A stretch of DNA of 64,000 bases from Thermoplasmata archaeon (GTDB taxonomy: Archaea > Thermoplasmatota > Thermoplasmata > RBG-16-68-12 > JAJISG01): assembly GCA_046759185.1 (NCBI GenBank), contig JBHIBO010000006.1, positions 992 to 64,991 of the forward strand, written 5' to 3'. Position numbers and translations under genes: made by a program. The notes under the pieces are model-generated. The model was given only the letters and a program-made list of their open reading frames with translations. It searched no databases and was not told the DNA's origin. Numbering within the stretch: position 1 is the stretch's first letter; each line of letters starts with the position of its first letter. Shown here one piece after another: positions 46,553-56,438 of the stretch.

Positions 46553-47433
46553 TGGTCGGACACGAGGAGGTGCTTAGCCACCTGCTCTTCCACCAGGCCT
46601 TGGAGGAGGAGGAGCCGGAGAAAATGGCCGAGTACCTCCAGCTTTTCGAACGGGTTCAGGAGGGACGCGTCGTCCCCACCCAGAACCAGTACGAGGACAG
46701 CGTGGTCGCAGCTCTTGAACTCGTCCTCGAGGACTCCTTCGACCCGTGGGACATCGATCTCGCCCGATTCGCCCGGGCCTACCTGAAACGGTTGCGGGGC
46801 CTTGGGACAATCAACTTCGTCGCCGCAGGTCGTCTGGTGCTCTTGGCCTGGTCCGTTCTCAAGCTGCAATCCGAGATGATTCTGTCAACGGCCGAGACGG
46901 TGAATCCCCCCGCCGACGAGATTGACGAAGCGTGGGACCTCATGCCCGGTTTCTATCAGGCTCCCGAGGAAGTGGACCTGACGTATCAGATTCTGCAGCA
47001 GAAGGAGCCCCCCCTGCGCGAGAGCTTCCATCGGGAGATTCAACGCTCCGTTGGCCTCGTGGATCTCCTGGATGCCTTGGACCAGGCCTTTCGCGAGACC
47101 TCGGGGACTGTCGCCGTCGCTCGTTCGACGCCCTCACCCGCTCCCCTCGAGGCCCTCCGGGGCAAGCTCCATCGCGAGGACCTGGCGGAGGACCTCCAAT
47201 GGGCCTGGGACCTCATTCGAGCGGGGGGAGAGGAGGTGCTAAGCTTGGGCGACCTGAACCATCGCGGCCCGTGGGACCGCGCCACGCTGTTCCTATCCGT
47301 CCTCTTCCTCGCCGAGATGGGTTGGTTGGAGGTGTGGCAGAAGGACCTCCCCCATGGAGAGATCTACCTACGACCGCTTCACGAGGGCGCGGAGGTCGAG
47401 GCCCCGACCCCTTCCCTCCCGGAGGCTGCCTAG
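46552..47433 (+). CDS. scpA: Kleisin ScpA
   Basis: DPWDIDL....Y, AGRL...AW..LKLQS, FL..LFL...G.....Q....GEI; coupled to smc. Confidence 0.9.
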   Translation: MVGHEEVLSHLLFHQALEEEEPEKMAEYLQLFERVQEGRVVPTQNQYEDSVVAALELVLEDSFDPWDIDLARFARAYLKRLRGLGTINFVAAGRLVLLAWSVLKLQSEMILSTAETVNPPADEIDEAWDLMPGFYQAPEEVDLTYQILQQKEPPLRESFHREIQRSVGLVDLLDALDQAFRETSGTVAVARSTPSPAPLEALRGKLHREDLAEDLQWAWDLIRAGGEEVLSLGDLNHRGPWDRATLFLSVLFLAEMGWLEVWQKDLPHGEIYLRPLHEGAEVEAPTPSLPEAA

Positions 47434-47958
47434 ATGCGGAAACAGGGACTCCTGGAGGCCGTCCTCTTCCTGACCTCGCGGGCCCTGACCGAACGGCAGC
47501 TGGCGGAGGCCACGGGAATGACGGTCTCCACCGTGCGACGCATGCTTACGCTTCTGACAAGGGAGTACCAGGAGCGGGAGAGCGCCATCGAGGTGGCCCG
47601 CCACGGCCGCCGTTGGATCCTGCAGGTCCGAGGGGAATACCAGCGAGAGACCACGGACATGGCCCCGTCGACCTTGCCGCGAGGGGTCCTCCGAACCGCG
47701 GCTCTCATCGCCTACCATCAGCCCGTGAAGCAGAGCCATCTCGCCTCTCTGGTGGGATACCGTGCCTACGACCACGTGCGGCGGTTGCGCGATCGCGGCC
47801 TCATCGCGGTCCGACCCCACGGGAGGACGCTCCTCCTTTCGACCACCGGCAAGTTCCCCGAATTCTTTGGCCTCGAAGCACGAGGGCGGGAGGACATCCG
47901 TCGGCTCATGGCCTCTCGGGTGGGGGAAGAGGGTCGTGCCAGCAGCCTGGCCAGCTGA
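47434..47958 (+). CDS. scpB: Segregation/condensation protein ScpB
   Basis: LEAVLF, L.T.ALIAY.QP..QS, AYDHV..L...GLI, TT.KF.E.FGL. Confidence 0.92.
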   Translation: MRKQGLLEAVLFLTSRALTERQLAEATGMTVSTVRRMLTLLTREYQERESAIEVARHGRRWILQVRGEYQRETTDMAPSTLPRGVLRTAALIAYHQPVKQSHLASLVGYRAYDHVRRLRDRGLIAVRPHGRTLLLSTTGKFPEFFGLEARGREDIRRLMASRVGEEGRASSLAS

Positions 47959-48046
47959 TAACGACGGCGCCACGTTTTTATAGGCTCATCCACGAGGAAG
48001 TGGAAGCCAGGGGGACTTGGCACACGTACCGCGGGGCGGACACGCA

Positions 48047-51000
48047 TTGAGCGGCTACCTTAGACACATCGAGCTCTCGCGACAGCTCGAGGAGAAGGCC
48101 AAGGAGGCCTCGCAGAATCGCAAGCACGCGGACGAGCGGATCAAGCAGCTCGAAGGGCTGATCAGCGACGCCAAGAAGGTAGACTGTAAGGTCGCCGACT
48201 CCGAGGAGCTTCTTGCCCAGGCCAACAGCGCCATGGCGGCCAAGGATTATAAGCTGGCCCTCGAGAAGACCCAGGAGGGGGAGGACAAGGCCAAAGCGGC
48301 CTTCATCCAAGAGACCAACTCCGTCATCGAGGCCTCGGAGTCCTTCATCGCGCTCCTGCAGCGGGCGGAGGTCGAGAGTAGCGAGTTCGAAGGCCTCCTA
48401 GGGAGCGCCCGCGAGGCCCTGGAGAAGGGGAACTTCCGTGAAGGCGTGGAGACGGCCCGACGCGGTTGGACCAAGCTCGAGAAGACCCTAAACGAGCATC
48501 TCTCCGCTTCTTTCTCCTCCGTCCAGACCCGTGTCCTCGCTGCAAAGGCCATGGAGAAGGACACGGCCATGGCGGAGGATCTTCTCTCCCGCGCTCGGTC
48601 CGCGCTGGAGGGATCCGAGTATGAGGACGCCCTCAGCCACACCGAGGAGGCCCTGGACATCCTGGGGCGCGAGCTCGGCTACGAGCTGGAAAACGAAGAG
48701 AAGGTCGTGCTTGAGCTCCTCCAGGCCGGTCGCGCTCTGAAGGCGGAGGTCGGCAAGGCCGAGGGGTATCTGAAGAAGTCCAAGACGGAACTCGAAGGTG
48801 GGGACTACCAGAAGTCCTTCAACTACCTCAAACAGGCTCGGGTCGAGGCCGAGCGACAACTGCAGAAGGGGTTCGAGTCCGGCAAGGCGAACCTGCAAGA
48901 ACCCATCGAGGAAGCGAAGAAGCTGGGCATCGACGTGACCGAGGCAGAGGCCCTCGGAGAGGAGGCCATGAAGGCCGCCAAGGCGGAGGATTACGGCCGC
49001 GCCTCGGACTTGCTCCGGGAGGGCGTCCAGGGCCTCGAGAACGCTAAGTTTCGCATGGTACTAGAGACGATCTCAGCTTCCCGGCCGAAGTTCCTTCGGG
49101 CCAAGGAGATGAATGTCGACATCGACGCGACCATGGAGATCTTCAACAAGGCCCGGGAGAAGCTCCAGGAAGGCAAGCACACCGACGCCCTGTACTACGC
49201 GGAGAAAGGGAACGAGGAGCTGGACAAGCTCGTGGGGGAACTCGATGCCGCCGCCGAGCGGACCCAGCAGTTGGAGACGGAGATCGCCTCCTTCGCCGAA
49301 CAGGGCCTGGACTTCTCGGGGGTACAGGGACTCCTCAACGAGGCGAAGAAGAAGCTAGCCGAGGGGAACACCAAGGCCTGGGGTGCCGAGCTCGCGAAGG
49401 TGGAGAAGGGCCTCGGGAAGGCGCGGTCCGACCGGTGTCGGGAGATGCTTGAGGAGGTCCAATTCATCGTCACTCTGGGGGAAAAGATCGGCCTGGACCT
49501 GGATGAGGCCACAGCCGGGATTCAGGAATGTTCCCAGCTCCTGAAGTCCAACGAAGTGAACCAGGCCCTCACGGAGGCCACGAAGCTGCAGCAGAAGACG
49601 GAAGCGCGGATTACCTCCCACTTCCGGGCGCAGGTGGAGACTCTGAAGGATGCCCTGCCGGCCACCCCCGCAGCGGGCGAGGTTTCCGAGCTGCTCCTGA
49701 AGGTGGAAACGACCCTGGACGTGCGGGACTACGGCACGGCCGCTCGTCTGGCCGAGGAAGCGGAGGAAAAGGCAGGAGGACTCTCTGAGGCGTATGCCGC
49801 CCTGGCGGTGGAAGGCCTCCAGGCAGCGCAGGCCCTGGCCACAGAGCATGACCTAAAGATCGACGGCCTGCGAGAAACCTACCTGGCGGCGAAGGAGGCC
49901 ATGGAGAAGGGAGAGATGCCCGCTCTCTTCCAGCAGATCGAATCGGTCCGAGGCGTCCTGACCCACCTGACCCAGCGGGCCTTCGACGAGGTCAAGGCCC
50001 GGGTCATCGAGGCCCGGAACGCGGGCATTGACATTGCCAAGGAGAAGGAGTTCCTAAAGGCGGCCAAAGAGGCCATCACGAGTGGCGACCTCTTTCAGGG
50101 CCTGATCGAACTCCGCGATTGTGACATCTCGGCCAAGGCTCACCTGGACGCCTTCCAAAAGGTCCGGGACACCATGGGGGCGGCCGCCGTCCTGGTCGCC
50201 GAGGGGAAGAAGAAGGACATAGACATGACCCGGGCGGTGGAGCTCCTCCTAAAGGGGAAGACCGCCTTCGAGGGGGGCGAAATCGAGCGGGCCTTGGAGA
50301 TTGCCCGGGACGCTCGGGCGGAGGCGGAGAAGGCCATCAGCGTTCTCAATGTCAACGACCGGCTCCAGGCCGCTGAGGAGAGCTTGGCCCTCGCCGAGGC
50401 ACAGGATGTGGATGTAGAGCCCTGGGTCGGCCTCCTAGCCCGATCCAAGCGGGCCTTGGACCACGGGGACTTCCGGGAGGCCGTCGAGCTTGCCATGGAG
50501 GTGGAGGCCCAGACCCGGGCTGGTGTGCTGAACGGCGTAAACGGCCGGGTGGCCCGATCGGAGAGCATGCTGGAGAAGGTTCAGGTTCCCGCCCAGGAGA
50601 TCGGGGGTCTTCAGAAGGCTCTGAAGGACATCAAGGCCCTCCTCGAGGGTGGCGACCTGAAGACCGCTTCCGAACGCTCGGCCGAGGTGCTCTCGCAAAC
50701 AGAGACCATGGCCGAGACATACGAGGAAATCCTCCAGGATCGGAAGGAGGCGGAGACCCTCATTGCGGATCTGCAGGCCCTGAGCATCAAGGTCAGCGGC
50801 CCCGAGAAACTCCTGAACAAGGCCGGGAAGGCCCTGAAGGAAGGGCGGCTTCCCGCCGCCAAGCAGTTTGCGGGGGAGGCCCTGGGCCAGCTAGCCAAGG
50901 ACCGCAGGGAGAGCATCGAGCGCATGATCAAGGGCTTCGAGGCCTCCGCGGCCAAGGCCCAGAAGGAGGGTGTCGCCACGGCCGACGCGGACGCCCTTCT

Positions 51001-52354
51001 GCAGCAGGCTCGGAAGGAGCTTGAGGAAGGCCAGTACCAGCAATCCCTCTCCAGTGCCATGAAGAGCGAGGCGCTCCTGGAGAAGATGGGGCTGCAGCGG
51101 GAGATCGCCCAGAACTCCCTCGAGACGGCCCGGGAGCGCATCCACGCCCTGCCCGCGGAAGTGGACCTCCTCAAGAAGCTCCTCAAGCAGGCGGAGGATG
51201 CCTTCGAGGGCGGCGACTACGTGAAGGCCCTCGAAGTGGCGATCAACGCCAGCGACGAACTCGGCCGGGTCAAGGAAGAGTGGGAGGTCATGCACATCTC
51301 GGAGGAGGTGGCCCTCCGCAACTTCAACGTGGCCGACACTCTGGGGCTGGACTGTTCCCAGCTCTCCCTGATACTGGAGGAAGCCAAGTCCGCCTCCCAG
51401 AACGCCGACATGGAGGGGGCCAAGGAGTCGTACGACCGGATGGCCACGGAGGCCTCCGGGATGGTCTCTACCTACCTCACGGACCTCCACGGCCAGGTGC
51501 GTAACGCCCGGGTCCTGAGTAGCCTCCTCGGCTGCGAGGTCGAGGGCCTGGACGATCGTCTATCGGAAGGCCTTGCCTACCTCGAGGAAGATCAGTTCGT
51601 GAGCGCCCACAATGTCCTCTCTGGTTCCCTGGTGGAGGTCGAGAAGGCCCTCCAGGAGAATGTGGAAGGCGTCATCGGGGAGGCTGAGGCAGCCCTCAAT
51701 CACGCCGGCGAGCTCGGCGCGGACGTCGAGGCAGCAAGGAGCCGGATCGATGAAGCGAAGACAGCCCTGCAACAGAACGGCTACGAGGCGGCCGTCCGTG
51801 CGGCCCAGGAGGCACGGGAGTTCCTGGATTCCCTCGAAGCCTCCGCGAAGCGCTTCATGGAGGCCACTTCCGAGGCCCGTTCTCTCATCACCACGGCAAA
51901 AAAGTTCGGCATCGACGTGGCCGCCGCGGACGCGTCGCTGGAACAGGCCTTGGTCATGCGGGAGGGCAACCCACCAGCCGCCATGCGGTCCGCGGAGCGA
52001 AGCCTCGAGCAGGTCCAGGAGGCCCTCGACGCCTTCACGCCGACCCTCGAGATGGCCCTGAGCGTACCGGGGGCCACCGTGGGCAATGATGTCGAGGCGA
52101 CCCTGAAGATCAAGAACACGAGCAAGGCCCTGGCCAAAGACCTGGAGGTTGCGGTGCTCGGCGACATCGAAGTGAAGGCCTTGGACGCGCCGGCATCGGT
52201 CCGAGCCAACGACGAAGTGTCCCTGTCCTTTACCCTCGTCTTCCCCTCCTCGGGAGAGGTCCCCGTCATGGTCAAGGTGGAGGCCAAACGACTCATCGAC
52301 GACCAGGAATACGATTGGGAGCAGGTCTTTCAGGTTAAGGTGAAGGGGTCCTAA
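48047..52354 (+). CDS. Giant (~1435 aa) acidic alpha-helical repeat protein with C-terminal Ig/CARDB-like domain
   Basis: Recurrent A+..G.D...AE.LL..A+.AL..G.Y..A unit along ~1340 aa; beta-rich tail (L.IKN...ALAKD..V...GD); start TTG 48047 or 48017. Confidence 0.85.
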   Translation: MSGYLRHIELSRQLEEKAKEASQNRKHADERIKQLEGLISDAKKVDCKVADSEELLAQANSAMAAKDYKLALEKTQEGEDKAKAAFIQETNSVIEASESFIALLQRAEVESSEFEGLLGSAREALEKGNFREGVETARRGWTKLEKTLNEHLSASFSSVQTRVLAAKAMEKDTAMAEDLLSRARSALEGSEYEDALSHTEEALDILGRELGYELENEEKVVLELLQAGRALKAEVGKAEGYLKKSKTELEGGDYQKSFNYLKQARVEAERQLQKGFESGKANLQEPIEEAKKLGIDVTEAEALGEEAMKAAKAEDYGRASDLLREGVQGLENAKFRMVLETISASRPKFLRAKEMNVDIDATMEIFNKAREKLQEGKHTDALYYAEKGNEELDKLVGELDAAAERTQQLETEIASFAEQGLDFSGVQGLLNEAKKKLAEGNTKAWGAELAKVEKGLGKARSDRCREMLEEVQFIVTLGEKIGLDLDEATAGIQECSQLLKSNEVNQALTEATKLQQKTEARITSHFRAQVETLKDALPATPAAGEVSELLLKVETTLDVRDYGTAARLAEEAEEKAGGLSEAYAALAVEGLQAAQALATEHDLKIDGLRETYLAAKEAMEKGEMPALFQQIESVRGVLTHLTQRAFDEVKARVIEARNAGIDIAKEKEFLKAAKEAITSGDLFQGLIELRDCDISAKAHLDAFQKVRDTMGAAAVLVAEGKKKDIDMTRAVELLLKGKTAFEGGEIERALEIARDARAEAEKAISVLNVNDRLQAAEESLALAEAQDVDVEPWVGLLARSKRALDHGDFREAVELAMEVEAQTRAGVLNGVNGRVARSESMLEKVQVPAQEIGGLQKALKDIKALLEGGDLKTASERSAEVLSQTETMAETYEEILQDRKEAETLIADLQALSIKVSGPEKLLNKAGKALKEGRLPAAKQFAGEALGQLAKDRRESIERMIKGFEASAAKAQKEGVATADADALLQQARKELEEGQYQQSLSSAMKSEALLEKMGLQREIAQNSLETARERIHALPAEVDLLKKLLKQAEDAFEGGDYVKALEVAINASDELGRVKEEWEVMHISEEVALRNFNVADTLGLDCSQLSLILEEAKSASQNADMEGAKESYDRMATEASGMVSTYLTDLHGQVRNARVLSSLLGCEVEGLDDRLSEGLAYLEEDQFVSAHNVLSGSLVEVEKALQENVEGVIGEAEAALNHAGELGADVEAARSRIDEAKTALQQNGYEAAVRAAQEAREFLDSLEASAKRFMEATSEARSLITTAKKFGIDVAAADASLEQALVMREGNPPAAMRSAERSLEQVQEALDAFTPTLEMALSVPGATVGNDVEATLKIKNTSKALAKDLEVAVLGDIEVKALDAPASVRANDEVSLSFTLVFPSSGEVPVMVKVEAKRLIDDQEYDWEQVFQVKVKGS

Positions 52355-52389
52355 GGCCCCTGACCTCCCGGTGTCCCTACGTGGGCGTC

Positions 52390-53916
52390 CTAGGTGAGCA
52401 TCGGCCCAATTGCCTTCTCGACGGCTTTCACGATCTTGCCTTCTTCGAGGAGGGCCGTGATCGCCTCGATGTCCGGCGCGAGGGGGCGATCTTCCACGAT
52501 GGCTGGAACATGCTGGCGCAGCAAACGGTAGGCTGTGCGAACGCCCTTGCCCGGCTCCAGTGACTCCTCGAATTCCAGCCCCTGTGCCGCGCACAAGTAT
52601 TCGATGCCCAGCAGTGTGCGGACGTTTCGAATGATCTGAAACAGCTTCTCCCCCGCCAGGGGACCCATGGGGACAAAATCCTCCTGGTTGGCGGAGGTGG
52701 GAATGGAATCAACCGACGCGGGATGCGCGAGGACTTTGTTCTCTGAGGCCAGGGCTGCCGCGGTGTATTGCGACAGCATCAACCCGGAGCGGAGACCGGA
52801 CCTGCGGGTCAGGAAAGGAGGAAGCCCGCTGAGGCTGCCGTCCAGGAGGCGGGCGATCCGTCGCTCGGAGTAGGTTCCCAGGGTACAGAGGGCAATCGCC
52901 AAGAAGTCCATCGTGAAGGCGAGGGGCTGACCGTGGAAGTTCCCGCCCGACAGGGATTCTCCGTCCTCCGGAAAGAGGAGGGGGTTGTCCGTGGCCGCGT
53001 TCACTTCCACACCCAGGACCGCCTCCGCCTGGCGTATCACATCCAGTACCGCGCCCAAGACCTGGGGCATGCAACGCAGGGTGTAGGGATCCTGCACCTT
53101 GTGGGGACCCGGATGGGAGGGGATGACTTCGCTGCCCTGGAGAGTCTGGAGGAGGTCCCGGGCCGTGGCCACCTGACCGGGGTGGGGTCGAAGAGCGTGG
53201 ATCCGGGGATCGAACGGGCGGGATGAGCCCTTCAGGGCTTCGAAGCTCATTGAGGCGGCGATGAGGGCATCCTTGAGCATGGCCACGCCATCGTGGACGG
53301 CCAGACATCCGTATGCCGCCATGAGCGAGGTTCCGTTGATCAGGGCGAGACCTTCCTTGGGGCGCAACTCCACGGCCTCCAGGCCCGCTTCCCTCAGGGC
53401 CCGCTCCCCTGCGAGCCGCTGGCCCTCGTAGGAAGCCTCTCCTTCGCCGATCATGACCAGGGTCATGTGAGCGAGCGGGGCCAGATCCCCGCTGGCACCC
53501 ACGGATCCCTTTCGTGGAACAAGGGGATGGACGCCCTCGTTAAGCATCTGACAGAGCAGTTCCACGAGAACGGGCCGGACCCCCGAGTGGCCCTTCGCGA
53601 GCCCGTTGGCTCGCAAAACCATCATAGCTCGCAGCACGTCCTCCCGCAGGGGCTCGCCGGCGCCAGCCGCATGACTCCGCGCGATGTTGCGCTGCAGCTG
53701 GCGAAGATCATCCCCCGGGATCGTCACGTTGGCCAATTCGCCAATGCCCGTTGTAACGCCATACGCGACGCGAGCGTCCCGGCCGATTTCCACCACGAGC
53801 TGTCGGGAGGCTTCCATCTTTTCAATCGCTGAGGGCGAAATCGTGACCTCGCCATACTCTCTGGCGACCTTCACGACGGCCTCGAGCGTGAGGCTCTCCC
53901 CGTCAAGAACCACCAT
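52390..53916 (-). CDS. hutH: Histidine ammonia-lyase
   Basis: YGVTTG.G, SHAAG.G, MIO motif GSVGASGDLAPL, KEGLALING, VQDPY.LRC.PQ, GGNFHG. Confidence 0.96.
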   Translation of the reverse strand: MVVLDGESLTLEAVVKVAREYGEVTISPSAIEKMEASRQLVVEIGRDARVAYGVTTGIGELANVTIPGDDLRQLQRNIARSHAAGAGEPLREDVLRAMMVLRANGLAKGHSGVRPVLVELLCQMLNEGVHPLVPRKGSVGASGDLAPLAHMTLVMIGEGEASYEGQRLAGERALREAGLEAVELRPKEGLALINGTSLMAAYGCLAVHDGVAMLKDALIAASMSFEALKGSSRPFDPRIHALRPHPGQVATARDLLQTLQGSEVIPSHPGPHKVQDPYTLRCMPQVLGAVLDVIRQAEAVLGVEVNAATDNPLLFPEDGESLSGGNFHGQPLAFTMDFLAIALCTLGTYSERRIARLLDGSLSGLPPFLTRRSGLRSGLMLSQYTAAALASENKVLAHPASVDSIPTSANQEDFVPMGPLAGEKLFQIIRNVRTLLGIEYLCAAQGLEFEESLEPGKGVRTAYRLLRQHVPAIVEDRPLAPDIEAITALLEEGKIVKAVEKAIGPMLT

Positions 53917-54144
53917 CCGACTACCGCCATCTCATGGCTGGGTGGGTTAATAAATCCAATAAAAAGCGAGGAACGACGATTGGGCGAGAGTTCAGGAGAC
54001 GCTCGCCGTCGAAATCACACTTGTATGGTCACCGCCCTCTTCTGGTAACGTCTGGGACAAATCTTAAAAGGCTGGGGAATCTCGAAACCAGAGTTACCTC
54101 CTCGCCGCCTGCAAGGGCTCCTTGAGAGGAAACGGGGGACTGTC

Positions 54145-56121
54145 ATGCGAAGTGTTGCTCTGGTCATCGTCGTCTTCTCCCTCCTAGCTGCAGGGATCGG
54201 CATGATCGGGGCCCTGGCCGTGCCCTCGGCACCGGGGAACCTGGTTGCGACTGCGGGAGTCGGCCAGATCAGCCTTTCGTGGCAGTCGGCCTCCTCTGAG
54301 CCAGGGTACCCCGTCACGAATTACCGGGTCTTCCGGGGCACGGCCCCAGGAACCGCCGTATTCCTCGCCAATGCCGGGACCTCCCTCTCCTACACGGACA
54401 ACGCCGTGATGGCCGGCCAGACCTACTACTACCAGGTGAGTGCCGTGAACGGGTTCGGCGAGGGTCCACGGTCCAACGAAGACTCCGCAACGCCGACCGC
54501 GCCGACCGCACCCAGCCCGCCCCGGAACCTCGTGGCAACCGCGGGCGTCGGCCAGGTCGGCCTTATGTGGTTGGCGCCCCTCTCCGACGGCGGATCCCCC
54601 ATCACGAATTACCGGGTCTTCCGGGACACCGCCCCGGGCGCCGCTATATTCTTCGCCAATACCGGGACCTCCCTCTCCTATACCGACACGGCCGTGATGG
54701 CCGGCACGACGTACTACTACCAGGTGCGTGCCAACAACACGATCGGGGAGAGTCCAGCGTCGAACGAAGACTCCGCCACGCCGACGGCGACGGTGACCGT
54801 ACCCAGCGCGCCCCAGAACCTCGTCGCGACCACGGGCGTCGGCCAGGTCGACCTCACGTGGGACGCGCCGTTCTCCGACGGCGGATCCCCCATCACGAAC
54901 TACCGGGTGTTCCGGGGCACCGCTCCAGGAACCGCCGTTTTCCTCGCGGATGCTGGCAGCTCCCTCTCCTATGCCGACACGGCCGTGACGACGGGCCAGA
55001 CCTACTACTACCAAGTGAGCGCGGAGAACGCCGTCGGAGAGGGCCCATCATCCAGCGAAGCGGTCGCCATGACGGAAGTCGCGATTCAGATTCTCGCCCC
55101 AAGGGCAGGCCAGACGATCAGCACTCTCGGGTTCCGCCTTCAGGTATCCGTGACCAACTTTGTGTTAGATCCTGTCTCCATCGGCCAGGCTGATAATCCT
55201 GGTCATGGTCACTACCATGTCTGGGTGAACGACACGTTCACAGGAATGCTGTCCGGGGACCCGATCGTGGACCTCTCAGACTTTCCGGTGGGTCCGATGA
55301 AGCTGGGCGTGGAGTTGGTTACGAACATGCACGCGTCCCTGTCGCCGCCCGCATGGCACAACATATCGGTAACCGTGGCGGCCCCGTCGATCGCCCTCAC
55401 TCGTCCGGTAAACGGCGGCTCGGTCAGCACCCTAGGAGCGCAGTTCAGGGTCGCTGTGCAGGGCTTCGACCTGGATAACCAGAACTTGGGTGGCAATCCC
55501 ATCCCGGGCCACGGCCACTACCACGTCTTCGTCGACGGCACCTTCACGGGCACTACTCCTACGGAGCCGAGCTTCTCGATTCCCTCCTTCACCCCAGGTT
55601 CCCACATCGTCAAGGTCGATCTCCGAACGAACGACCACCAGCTTCTTTCACCGACCGTCGAGGATATGATTACTGTGACGGCGGCTGATCCCAGCATCTC
55701 GATCGTGGAGCCGTCCGCGGGTTCGACCGTTGGGCCGGTGGTGTTCCTGCGCGTGCAAATTGCGGGCTTCACCCTTGACCCCGAGAGCGTCGGGCAGGTA
55801 AGCGTCCCTGGAAGGGGTCACTACCATGTCACCATCGACGGGACGACGATTGATTTCATGGTTACGGGGCTCATCTACGCAGTGACAGACCTGGCAGAAG
55901 GCCAGCACACCATCAGCGTCTCATTGCACAACAACGATCACAGCGCCGTGACTCCCGAAGTCAGTGATGAGGTGACCGTAACCGTGGCCGCTCCGGCACC
56001 GCCACCCGCGGGCATCGACTCCGCGCTCTTCGCCGGCACCACCATCGGACTCATCGCCCTCCTCATCGTCGTGGCCGTCGGGCTGTTCCTGTGGGGTCGT
56101 AAGGGCCGCCAGGCTCCCTGA
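54145..56121 (+). CDS. Cell-surface protein: 3 fibronectin-III repeats + 3 His-motif Ig-like domains + C-terminal TM anchor
   Basis: Signal peptide; PS.P.NL.AT.G..Q..L.W...YYYQV.A.N..GE x3; G(H/R)GHYHV..D/N and L..N.H x3; TM + GRKGR tail. Confidence 0.85.
   Translation: MRSVALVIVVFSLLAAGIGMIGALAVPSAPGNLVATAGVGQISLSWQSASSEPGYPVTNYRVFRGTAPGTAVFLANAGTSLSYTDNAVMAGQTYYYQVSAVNGFGEGPRSNEDSATPTAPTAPSPPRNLVATAGVGQVGLMWLAPLSDGGSPITNYRVFRDTAPGAAIFFANTGTSLSYTDTAVMAGTTYYYQVRANNTIGESPASNEDSATPTATVTVPSAPQNLVATTGVGQVDLTWDAPFSDGGSPITNYRVFRGTAPGTAVFLADAGSSLSYADTAVTTGQTYYYQVSAENAVGEGPSSSEAVAMTEVAIQILAPRAGQTISTLGFRLQVSVTNFVLDPVSIGQADNPGHGHYHVWVNDTFTGMLSGDPIVDLSDFPVGPMKLGVELVTNMHASLSPPAWHNISVTVAAPSIALTRPVNGGSVSTLGAQFRVAVQGFDLDNQNLGGNPIPGHGHYHVFVDGTFTGTTPTEPSFSIPSFTPGSHIVKVDLRTNDHQLLSPTVEDMITVTAADPSISIVEPSAGSTVGPVVFLRVQIAGFTLDPESVGQVSVPGRGHYHVTIDGTTIDFMVTGLIYAVTDLAEGQHTISVSLHNNDHSAVTPEVSDEVTVTVAAPAPPPAGIDSALFAGTTIGLIALLIVVAVGLFLWGRKGRQAP
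54223..55068 (+). repeat. Three near-identical ~290-bp intragenic FN3 repeats
   Basis: Units begin near 54223, 54511 and 54802 and share long DNA matches (e.g. ggcggatcccccatcacgaa, tactactaccaggtg). Confidence 0.8.
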
Positions 56122-56438
56122 TCGTCGAGACGGCAGCTGCCCAGGCCGTGTTTCCCCGGCCAAGAACACGCAGCCCGCACAACACTGTTAGCTCACCGGC
56201 CTCCGCTGGGGCTTCGTTCGTCCCTCGCCCTCGGGCCGTTGCACAGGCAGTCGCGACCACGCTCTCCGACAAGGCTATTCCAACCCTCGCATGGTCTCCG
56301 ACCTCCGAGGAGGACGGATCTCGGTCTCACTCGCCGTGTTGAGCCGGGGAATGAGGTCCGACTCCCTCCGTAGGTGAGGACGGTTTCTCCATGCCATACA
56401 TGAAAACGTATATCCCGCCCGGCGTTGAGAGACCCGCC

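Noticed and set aside
54223..55068. DNA repeats as a CRISPR array or mobile element
   Set aside because: They are ~290-bp in-frame FN3 domain duplications with no repeat-spacer pattern; no CRISPR array seen anywhere in the window.
56122..56438. ~315-bp gap as SRP RNA or RNase P RNA
   Set aside because: Size fits, but I could not find the SRP helix 6/8 or RNase P conserved motifs on either strand; left unexplained pending an Rfam search.
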